NCBI GenBank assembly: GCA_903879875.1
Contig: CAIRNC010000133.1
Location: 1 to 32,986, forward strand
Length of the DNA stretch: 32,986 nucleotides
Origin: an uncultured Bacteroidota bacterium
Lineage (GTDB): Bacteria; Bacteroidota; Bacteroidia; Flavobacteriales; Flavobacteriaceae
Direction: 5' to 3'
Shown: positions 24,941 to 32,986 of the stretch, piece by piece
How positions within the stretch are numbered: the stretch's first letter is position 1
Layout: each line of letters begins with the position of its first letter
Notes under the pieces: model-generated
Database searches by the model: none
Told to the model about the DNA's origin: nothing
The model's input: the letters and a program-made list of their open reading frames with translations, nothing else
Translations under genes and position numbers: made by a program

Positions 24941-26983
24941 TTACCAAATTTTAACTCTATTTTCTGGAGCTAGAAACAACGAATCGGTTGGTTTAATATG
25001 GAAAGCTTCGTAAAATTCAGGTACATTTCTTACCACACCATTTACTCTAAATTTCGCAGGAGAATGCGGGTCATTGGCCACTTGGCTTCTTAATGCTTCT
25101 TCTCTTTCTTTGCTGTTCCACGATTGGGCATAGCCAATAAACACTCTTTGATCACCAGTAAATTTATCCATTACAGGTGCTTTTTTACCATTAAGGCTCA
25201 TTTTATAGGCTTTTATTGCAATGGATAATCCACCAAGATCGCCAATGTTTTCGCCAAGTGTAAAAGCGCCGTTTATTGTAAGGTCTTTAAAGACATGAAA
25301 GCTATTGTATTGTGCAATTAAAGCCGTTGTTTTTTGTTTAAATGCCACTTGATCTTTCGGTGTCCACCAGTTTCTCATTACGCCATTTCCGTCAAAAGCA
25401 CTTCCTTGATCATCAAAACCATGCCCAATTTCGTGTCCGATTACAGCTCCAATACTTCCATAGTTGACAGCATCTTCTACATTCATATCAAAAAATGGAG
25501 GTTGCAATATAGCGGCTGGAAATACAATTTCATTTAGGGTTGGATTGTAATACGCATTTACCGTTTGTGGCGTCATGCCCCATTCGGTTCGGTCAACTGG
25601 TTTTCCTAGTTTGTTGAGGTTTCGATTGTATTCAAAAGCGACTGCTCTTACTAAATTACCATACAAATCATTTTTGTCAATTTTCAAAGTAGAGTAGTCT
25701 TTCCATTTGTCTGGATAACCTATTTTTAACATAAATTTATCCAATTTAGCCAAAGCCTCTGATTTGGTTACTGGCGTCATCCAATCTAATTTTTTGATGC
25801 TTTCGGCATACGATTTCAATAGATTTTTAACCAATACCGTCATTCGAGATTTAGCTTCAGGCGAAAAGTGTTCTTTCACATATACTTTTCCAACAATTTC
25901 TCCAAGAAATGAATTTACTTGGTTCACACCTCTTCGCCATTGTGGTTTTTGCTCTTTGATACCGTACAATGTTTTTCCATAAAAATCGAAATTTTCTTTG
26001 TCTAATGCCGCCGTTAAATTGGTTGCATTGCCGTGAAGAAGTCCCCATTTCAAATAAGTTTTCCAAGTTGCGATTGGCGTGTTTTTGATGATAGTATTCA
26101 ATTCTTTCATATAGGCAACTTGACTTACAATAATATTTTCTTGTTTATCAAATCCAGCGGCTTTCAGCATGGCAGCCCAATTAAAATCAGGCATTAATTG
26201 ACTTAGATTTTTAGTGGCATATTTGTTATACAAAGCTACAGCATCTCTTGCATCTTCTTTTTTCATTTGTTTTGACGCAAGTGTGGTTTCCAATTTCATG
26301 ATAGTATTTGCATCTTCTTTTGCCATTTTGTTTCCCGCCAATAGCAACATATTAGTGATATGTGTTACATATTTAGCACGAATTTCTTTGGATTTTTCAT
26401 CTTGAAGCAAATAATATTCCCTGTCTGGTAAACCAAGTCCACCTTGCCACATACCTGAAATGTATTTGGTTGGATCTTTGGCGTCTTCTGTAACATAAAT
26501 AGAAAAGGGAATGTTTTCGCCATTTTTGTTACTAACTCCAAAGTAGGTTGCCAAATCGGTATAAGTAGCGATGGCATCAATTGTATTGTTTTCGGCGGTT
26601 AACGGAGATAGTCCTTTTGCATCTCTTGTTTTGGAATCCATAAACGAATGGTAAAAATCGCCTATTTTTTGTTCGTCTGATCCGTTTTCAAAATTGCCTT
26701 TTGCTGCAGCTTCAATGATTTTTTTCACATCCACTTGCGATTGGTCGTCTAAAATTTCAAAAATTCCATAAGAAGCTTTGTCTGCAGGAATTTGATGATT
26801 TTTCACCCAGCTTCCGTTGACATAAGCATCAAAATTGTCTCCAGGATTCACGAGGGTATCCATGTTTTTTAAAATCACTCCTGAAAGTAAAGGAGCTTTT
26901 TTTTCGGTTTTGTTACAAGAAGCAAGCAATAGTAGGCTTGAAGCGAGTATAGAAACGCCGATTTTCATTGGTTTGGTTGTCAT
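24941..26983 (-). CDS. pepO: M13 family metalloendopeptidase (PepO/neprilysin-like), lipoprotein
   Basis: Lipobox LLASC; VNAYY, FPAAILQPPFF, HEIGH, GENIGD, DPHSP. Start set to ATG 26983 because a TACTTTTG promoter box occupies 27002-27009. Confidence 0.9.
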   Translation of the reverse strand: MTTKPMKIGVSILASSLLLLASCNKTEKKAPLLSGVILKNMDTLVNPGDNFDAYVNGSWVKNHQIPADKASYGIFEILDDQSQVDVKKIIEAAAKGNFENGSDEQKIGDFYHSFMDSKTRDAKGLSPLTAENNTIDAIATYTDLATYFGVSNKNGENIPFSIYVTEDAKDPTKYISGMWQGGLGLPDREYYLLQDEKSKEIRAKYVTHITNMLLLAGNKMAKEDANTIMKLETTLASKQMKKEDARDAVALYNKYATKNLSQLMPDFNWAAMLKAAGFDKQENIIVSQVAYMKELNTIIKNTPIATWKTYLKWGLLHGNATNLTAALDKENFDFYGKTLYGIKEQKPQWRRGVNQVNSFLGEIVGKVYVKEHFSPEAKSRMTVLVKNLLKSYAESIKKLDWMTPVTKSEALAKLDKFMLKIGYPDKWKDYSTLKIDKNDLYGNLVRAVAFEYNRNLNKLGKPVDRTEWGMTPQTVNAYYNPTLNEIVFPAAILQPPFFDMNVEDAVNYGSIGAVIGHEIGHGFDDQGSAFDGNGVMRNWWTPKDQVAFKQKTTALIAQYNSFHVFKDLTINGAFTLGENIGDLGGLSIAIKAYKMSLNGKKAPVMDKFTGDQRVFIGYAQSWNSKEREEALRSQVANDPHSPAKFRVNGVVRNVPEFYEAFHIKPTDSLFLAPENRVKIW

Positions 26984-27139
26984 ATTTTTATAATTTGAAT
27001 TCAAAAGTAGTAAAAACCAATTGTTTTTTGTGTAATTATGAATTTAAAACAAATATTAATCTTCAACAATAGTGTGATGTTATGAAAAATTGGAGGCTAA
27101 AAACAGTACTTTTACATCAGAAACACTAAGTTAGTTTGT

Positions 27140-27601
27140 ATGCAAATAAGCACCATTAAATTTAAAATTATTGCACTTTTTAAGCAAGGTTTGTCGGCAA
27201 AAGAAGTCGCGCAAAGCATTTTGGTTGCTGCAATTATTTCTATAATCCCAATTCTGGGAGTTAGCACTTTTTTAATCACTATGCTTTCGATAAAATGGAA
27301 GTTGAATTTGCCAATTATGATTGCATTGAGTTACGTTATGTGGCCTGTTCAAATCGTATTGATAATTCCTTTTATTAGCATTGGAGCAACTGTTTTTGGC
27401 GTTGCTCAAAGCGAGCATTCCATAGATGAAATTGTGCTTTCATTTCAGAACAGTTTTTTTAAAACGCTTAGCAATTTGTCTTTTGAGTTGCTTTGTGGTT
27501 TTGGCGGATGGTTGCTAACAGTAGTTCCTGTGGCAATTTTTATTAATGTTGTAATGGTTTTCTTGTTTAGAATGGTCGCTAAAAAAAGTGAAATAATTTA
27601 A
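27140..27601 (+). CDS. DUF2062-like membrane protein
   Basis: KQGLSAKEVAQS...IIPILGVST...LNLP...PVQIVLIIPFISIG pattern; several TM helices. Confidence 0.7.
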   Translation: MQISTIKFKIIALFKQGLSAKEVAQSILVAAIISIIPILGVSTFLITMLSIKWKLNLPIMIALSYVMWPVQIVLIIPFISIGATVFGVAQSEHSIDEIVLSFQNSFFKTLSNLSFELLCGFGGWLLTVVPVAIFINVVMVFLFRMVAKKSEII

Positions 27602-27606
27602 TATAA

Positions 27607-28362
27607 TTATTCAAAAGTTTTTAATTCGAATGTAGTCCCATCAAAAACACCATAAGTAAAATAACTGATCCAATCCCCAAGATTAACATATTCGGAATTT
27701 TCTCCAATTTTAAGAATCATTGGTAAATGGCGGTGACCGAAAACTAAAAAATTATAGGGTTTGAGTTCCAATTTTCGTTTGGCATATAACACCAACCATT
27801 CCTTGTCGTCTCCCAAATAGTTGACATCTTCGGCACCAGAAATCAGTTTGTTTTTTACGGAAAGATGATGCCCTAATTGCATTCCGATATCTGGATGAAG
27901 CCATCGAAACAGCCATTTTGAAACAGGATTCGTAAACACTTTTTTCATTCGCTTGTAGCTTTTGTCGCCGGGTCCTTTTCCATCGCCATGACCAATTAGA
28001 AACGTTTTCTCTCCAAAAGTAAATTCTTTGTTATAATGGTAAATGGGGATATTTAGTTCTGTTTGAAAATAGTCTGCCATCCACAAATCGTGGTTGCCAA
28101 CAAAAAAATGAATTGGAATGCCGCTATCTCTGATTTCTGCTAGTTTACCTAAAACTCTTACAAATCCTTTTGGCACAACTGTTTTGTATTCAAACCAAAA
28201 GTCAAATAAATCGCCTAGGATAAAAATAGCCGCTGCATCTTTTTTAATTTCGTCAAGCCAAGCAACAAATTTTTTTTCTCTTGGCAAACTCAACTCAGAT
28301 GTCGGTGCGCCAAAATGTTGATCGGAAGCAAAATAGATTTTTTTACCGGAAGTCATTTCCAT
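27607..28362 (-). CDS. lpxH: UDP-2,3-diacylglucosamine diphosphatase (LpxH-like metallophosphoesterase)
   Basis: FASDQHFG, GDLFDFW, GNHD, GHGD, GHRH, NLGDW; TATCTTTG promoter box at 28381-28388. Confidence 0.85.
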   Translation of the reverse strand: MEMTSGKKIYFASDQHFGAPTSELSLPREKKFVAWLDEIKKDAAAIFILGDLFDFWFEYKTVVPKGFVRVLGKLAEIRDSGIPIHFFVGNHDLWMADYFQTELNIPIYHYNKEFTFGEKTFLIGHGDGKGPGDKSYKRMKKVFTNPVSKWLFRWLHPDIGMQLGHHLSVKNKLISGAEDVNYLGDDKEWLVLYAKRKLELKPYNFLVFGHRHLPMILKIGENSEYVNLGDWISYFTYGVFDGTTFELKTFE

Positions 28363-28553
28363 GAAATAAATTTAAGATTCCAAAGATAGGAAATGATAAT
28401 TAAATCTTTTGATATTAAAAATGTAAAAATTATTTATTTGGAATCTAATTTGTTTATTTATCAATATTATTTATTTATATCGAATTTTGTGTCGTTATAT
28501 CTCAGTGATATTGTTAATTGTGTTGCATTAATTGTTTTTCTGATATATTTCAC

Positions 28554-28561
28554 TAAATTTG
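28554..28561 (+). promoter_or_regulatory. -7 promoter element for the large adhesin gene
   Basis: TAAATTTG 43 nt upstream of ATG 28605. Confidence 0.5.
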
Positions 28562-28604
28562 AATTTTTAAATACATCTATACCAACCATAAAACTTTTCA
28601 TTTT

Positions 28605-31600
28605 ATGAAAAAAATTATCTTAGTACTTTCGATTTTATTAGTTTCATTATCAAGTTATGCTCAATTTTCCTATCCTGGACTTGGAGAAGGTTTTGAAGCT
28701 TCATCTACAACTTTGCCTTCCGGATGGAATCAGTATCAAAATGCTACTGGTCCTCTTCAATTTTGGAAAATTAGCAGTTTAGTAGTTGCTCCTCCGAACC
28801 AAGCAATATGTGAAGGCTTAAATGCTGCTTTTATTGATAGAGAAAATATAGGTATAGGTAATACCTCTGAGGATTATTTAGTTACTCCTCAGACTCTAGT
28901 TCCATCAAATCCTCAAATAAAGTTTTTTTCAAGACAAGGATTTACGGCTGAACTAGGAACCAAATACCGTTTAATGGTTTCTACAAATGCCGATCCTTCC
29001 TTGTTGAGTGCTTATGTTCTTTTGAAAGAATGGACAGAAACAGAAATGAACACCGATTTTAATGTTTGTCAAGAACAAGTTTTTGATGTTCCAGCCACTT
29101 ATGTAAATCAAAATGTATATTTTGCTTTTGTGAAAGTAATTACTCAAACAGTAGCAGGAGCCGCAGGAGATCGATGGTTTTTAGATTTAATACGAATCAA
29201 TTCCAAATGTTTAGCCCCAACTTTACCAACAGCAACAAACATTGCAGCCACATCAGCTACTTTAAGCTGGACAATGCCTGCTGGTTCAACCGCTACATCA
29301 TGGGATGTAGAAATTTATACAGGAGCACCTACGGGAACACCAACTTATACAGGAGTATCAAATTCTTTTAATGTAACCGGATTAACACCTAATACCGCCT
29401 ATCAATTTTGTGTAAGATCCAATTGTTCGGCTACCAATCAGAGTGCATGGGTATGTGGTTCTAATATTCAAACCACTCCTTTAGGTGCATTATGTAATGG
29501 ATCCATTCCAATAACTACTTTACCTTATACGCATTCAGAAAATACAGGAAATATAGGGAACTATTACAATACCCAACAGGCAGGTACCTTATGTGGCGCT
29601 TCGCCAGCAGCTACAAATTATGTGGCAGGGAATGATGTTTTTTATGCTTACACTCCTGCTTTTAGTGGGCCAATTAGTATAAAAATGACACCAACTGGAC
29701 CTAACTCATCCGTTTTTGTTTTTTCAGGATGTCCAACCTTAGGCAACTGTTTGGCAGGAGTAGCGAATGCCAATTCAAACATACGTATAATTGACCCATT
29801 TGTAGTAACCGCTGGTACAACCTATTATATTTTGGTTTCTTCTAATGCCACTACGCCAACAATTGGCTACACCTTAGTTATACAAAGAGAACCGTGTAAC
29901 CCACCAGTTGGATTGCCTGTAGCAAACATTACCACCACATCAGCAGATTTAAGTTGGACTAATCCAACCTCGGCAACGATGTGGGAATATGTAGTGCAAC
30001 CTTTAGGAACTTCTATTCCTACAGGAGTAGGCACTCAAGTTTTAACAAATTCTAATGTGTCTGTTTCTGGTCTAACTCCAGCGACCCAATATCAATATTG
30101 GATACGTTCTGATTGTGGAGGAGGGCTTTTTAGCTCATGGAATGGCCCTTATCCGTTCAATACCTTAATATGTAATGCAGTAGATCAATGTACTTATACC
30201 TTTAGAATGAGTGCATCAACAGGTGCAGGTTGGAATGGTGCAAGAATGGATGTAAGACAAAACGGCATTGTTGTAGCTACCATAGGTTCTACATTTACAA
30301 CAGGTCTAGGGCCAGTTGATGTAACAGTTCAATTATGTAAAAATGTACCCTTTGATTTGTTTTGGACAACCGCAGGAACACAACCTGCACGATGTATTGT
30401 AGCAGTGATTAATTCATTTGGACAAACATTATACACTAAACCTGCAGGAACGAGTGGAGTTGGTCAAGTTGTTTATGGGAACACAGTAAACTGTGATACA
30501 CCTGTATGTACAATTCCACCAATAGCTATAGCAGCAGGATCAATAACAACAGAAACGGCTTCAATAAGTTGGACATCACCAGGCACAGCACCAACATATA
30601 ATTATGATATTTATGTTGTACCAACAGGATCGTTGGCACCAACTTCAAGCACAACACCAACGTATGCTAATGTAACTACAAATCCTTTTACGATCTCTGG
30701 CTTATTGCACGACACTTCATATTGTGTCTATGTACGAGTGGTATGTCCGTTGAATTCAGATTGGGCTTCATTTTGTAGTTTTACTACTTTGGCATCATGT
30801 TTTAAACCAACGAGTCCAGTCATAACAGCGGGAAGTATAACAGCTACAAGCGCTACATTTACATGGGTAAATGGCGACCCAGCTGACACACAATGGGAAT
30901 TTTTATTGATTCCAAGTCAAACTGCACCACCAACGCCATTATCAACGGATGCTGCCACCTACACGGGGGCAACAGTAGTAAGTCCATTTACGCCAACTCT
31001 AACTCCAATGACCATTTATTACGCTTATGTAAGAACGGTTTGTTCGGGAACAGATAAGAGTAGTTGGACTCCTTATGCTGTTTTCAACACTACATGTGGA
31101 GGAGCAACCTGTAACTACAAATTCTTTCCTACAACAATTACTGGTTCAGGTAATACTTGGAATGGTGGAAGAATACAAGTAAAACAAAACGGAATTGTGG
31201 TTGGTACAATAGGAACAAGTGCAATTAATAATTTAGCAGGAGTTTCAGTCTCATTATGTACAGGAGTGCCTTATGAATTGTATTGGAGCGTAGCAGGAAC
31301 AGCCCCAGATAACATTGGTTTAACAATTCAAAACCCGTTTTTAGATGTAATATATACCAAAACACCAGCCACAGGAACGCCTTTAACAACATTGTTTACA
31401 GACACCGCCAATTGTACCCCAGCACCATGTTCAAAACCAACATTGATGACAGCGGTTCCAAGCGCAACAAGTGCCGTATTGAATTGGACAGACAATTCAT
31501 TACCACCTTCAACATCATTTGATTTATACATCGTACTAACAGGAGGACCTGCACCAATAAATGTGCCGCCAACCGCACCAACTATTTCTGGAGTTACCAA

Positions 31601-32986
31601 TCCATATACTTTAACAACATTCAATGGATTACCATTATTACAATCAACTTCTTACACTTATTATGTAAGAGCCAATTGCGGTGGTACAGAACATAGTGCT
31701 TGGACGGTATTAACACCAACCACATTTATTACCACTCCATTGAACGATGAGTGTGTAAACGCAACACCAGTAACCGTTAATACAGGTCAAACATGTGTAG
31801 CCACAAATACAGTAAATGCCACTACTTATGGAGCAACAGCTTCGTTACCTGTATTAACACCAGCATTAACAGGTGTAGGTTGTGGACAAACCAACAGAGA
31901 CGTTTGGTTTAGTTTTGTAGCAGGAGCGGTATCACAAACGATAAACTTAAATAATATCGTAGGTACACCAGCAGCAACAACTATTAATCATAGTGTTTTT
32001 TCAGGACCGTGTGCTAACTTAACAAAACTATATTGCAGCACAGCAGCAACAAGCATTGCTACAGGATTAACAGTTGGTCAAACGTATTATATAAGAGTTT
32101 ATACCACATCAGCTACAGCTGTACAATCGGCAACATTTAGTCTTTGTATCACTTCACCACCAGCCAACGATGAGTGTCTTAATGCTATCAACGTACCAGT
32201 AAATACAGGACAAAACTGTATGCCAGCCAACAATGTACATGGCAATACCTTTGGCGCAACAACTTCTTTGCCAGCAGTAACAGGAACAGGTTGTGGTACA
32301 TCAGACGATGATGTTTGGTATAGTTTTGTAGCCACAGCCACCTCACAATCTATAAATATAAATAGCATTGTCGGAACACCAACAACAGTAACAATAAATC
32401 ACACTGTTTTCTCTGGAGTATGCGGTACTTTAACAAAACTATATTGCAGCACAAGTGCAAGTAGTGGAGCTACAGGATTGACAGTAGGAGCAACCTATTA
32501 CATAAGAGTATATACCTCAGGAAGTACCGTAGGTCAAGCCGCGGAATTTGATATGTGTATCACCTCTCCACCAGCCAATGATGAATGCACAGGAGCTGTA
32601 AATGTACCAGTGAATTCAAATCAAATTTGCACACAAAGTGTGGCAGGAAACACATTAGGTGGTACACCTTCATTACCAGCATTGACAGGTACGGGTTGTG
32701 GTACATCGGATGATGATGTTTGGTATAGTTTTGTAGCTACAAATAACATCCATATGATTGATTTGAGTAGCATAGTACCATCTCCAAGTACAGCTACAGT
32801 AACATTAAATCACACCGTATTCTCAGGTACTTGTCCAGGAGCATTAGTGAAATTATATTGTAGTGCGACAACGCAGAGTGTGGCTACAGGATTAGTAGTT
32901 GGACAAACTTATTACATAAGAGTTTACACTTCAGGTAGCACTGCAGGGCAATCGGCTACTTTTAATATTTGTATACAAACGCCGCC
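28605..32986 (+). CDS. Large secreted multidomain adhesin-like protein (cleaved-adhesin/choice-of-anchor J-like domain, five FN3-like domains, Cys-rich repeats); 3' end outside window
   Basis: Own translation: MKKIILVLSILLVSLSSYAQ signal peptide, EGFE..LPSGW..DYLVTP..YFAF..WFLD domain, FN3 motifs (ATLSWT...GLTPNTAYQFCVRSNC). The frame stays open for 1460 codons to ...FNICIQTP; absent from the ORF track because there is no stop. Confidence 0.88.
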   Translation, partial: MKKIILVLSILLVSLSSYAQFSYPGLGEGFEASSTTLPSGWNQYQNATGPLQFWKISSLVVAPPNQAICEGLNAAFIDRENIGIGNTSEDYLVTPQTLVPSNPQIKFFSRQGFTAELGTKYRLMVSTNADPSLLSAYVLLKEWTETEMNTDFNVCQEQVFDVPATYVNQNVYFAFVKVITQTVAGAAGDRWFLDLIRINSKCLAPTLPTATNIAATSATLSWTMPAGSTATSWDVEIYTGAPTGTPTYTGVSNSFNVTGLTPNTAYQFCVRSNCSATNQSAWVCGSNIQTTPLGALCNGSIPITTLPYTHSENTGNIGNYYNTQQAGTLCGASPAATNYVAGNDVFYAYTPAFSGPISIKMTPTGPNSSVFVFSGCPTLGNCLAGVANANSNIRIIDPFVVTAGTTYYILVSSNATTPTIGYTLVIQREPCNPPVGLPVANITTTSADLSWTNPTSATMWEYVVQPLGTSIPTGVGTQVLTNSNVSVSGLTPATQYQYWIRSDCGGGLFSSWNGPYPFNTLICNAVDQCTYTFRMSASTGAGWNGARMDVRQNGIVVATIGSTFTTGLGPVDVTVQLCKNVPFDLFWTTAGTQPARCIVAVINSFGQTLYTKPAGTSGVGQVVYGNTVNCDTPVCTIPPIAIAAGSITTETASISWTSPGTAPTYNYDIYVVPTGSLAPTSSTTPTYANVTTNPFTISGLLHDTSYCVYVRVVCPLNSDWASFCSFTTLASCFKPTSPVITAGSITATSATFTWVNGDPADTQWEFLLIPSQTAPPTPLSTDAATYTGATVVSPFTPTLTPMTIYYAYVRTVCSGTDKSSWTPYAVFNTTCGGATCNYKFFPTTITGSGNTWNGGRIQVKQNGIVVGTIGTSAINNLAGVSVSLCTGVPYELYWSVAGTAPDNIGLTIQNPFLDVIYTKTPATGTPLTTLFTDTANCTPAPCSKPTLMTAVPSATSAVLNWTDNSLPPSTSFDLYIVLTGGPAPINVPPTAPTISGVTNPYTLTTFNGLPLLQSTSYTYYVRANCGGTEHSAWTVLTPTTFITTPLNDECVNATPVTVNTGQTCVATNTVNATTYGATASLPVLTPALTGVGCGQTNRDVWFSFVAGAVSQTINLNNIVGTPAATTINHSVFSGPCANLTKLYCSTAATSIATGLTVGQTYYIRVYTTSATAVQSATFSLCITSPPANDECLNAINVPVNTGQNCMPANNVHGNTFGATTSLPAVTGTGCGTSDDDVWYSFVATATSQSININSIVGTPTTVTINHTVFSGVCGTLTKLYCSTSASSGATGLTVGATYYIRVYTSGSTVGQAAEFDMCITSPPANDECTGAVNVPVNSNQICTQSVAGNTLGGTPSLPALTGTGCGTSDDDVWYSFVATNNIHMIDLSSIVPSPSTATVTLNHTVFSGTCPGALVKLYCSATTQSVATGLVVGQTYYIRVYTSGSTAGQSATFNICIQTP
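31743..32986 (+). repeat. Three tandem ~137-141 aa NDEC repeats within the adhesin
   Basis: NDEC starts at 31743, 32166 and 32577; each unit has GCG...DVW(F/Y)SFVA...NHxVFSG.C..L.KLYCS...GL.VG.TYYIRVYT...C. Confidence 0.88.

Noticed and set aside
1206-28321. Remaining short overlapping ORFs in the track (e.g. 4919-5158, 6057-6427, 9452-9874, 23905-24402)
   Set aside because: Nested in or antisense to confidently identified genes, with no recognisable motifs.
28393-32368. Short ORFs 28393-28608, 29174-29371, 31328-31624, 31396-31581, 32099-32368
   Set aside because: AT-rich promoter DNA or shadow frames of the large adhesin gene.

Overview
AT-rich Bacteroidota chromosome segment, most likely Flavobacterium (TAnnTTTG promoters, T9SS cargo proteins, porZ-recO). 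Mostly housekeeping and peptide-utilisation genes: partial bioA, a divergent ketosynthase, recX, tsaB, prc, surE, metB, gdhA, porZ, recO, a DPP-IV-type S9 peptidase, a GDSL hydrolase, gpsA, M20 and M13 peptidases and lpxH. Three probable secreted surface proteins are present: a DUF3494 ice-binding protein, a 7x58-aa repeat propeller protein, and a >1460-aa FN3/Cys-repeat adhesin that runs off the right edge and is missing from the ORF track. The most unusual signal is non-coding, in 15.3-21.5 kb: (i) nested, mirror-arranged short-period repeat arrays; (ii) three copies of a 27-30 nt element, each apparently inserted into another repeat; (iii) an inverted REP-like pair bracketing the propeller gene; (iv) a small ORF with no obvious promoter, bounded by a GTT core and a degenerate ~145 bp attC-like palindrome, like a solitary gene cassette. 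No transposase, integrase, rRNA, tRNA or CRISPR array was seen. All family assignments come from motif recognition by eye, not database searches.
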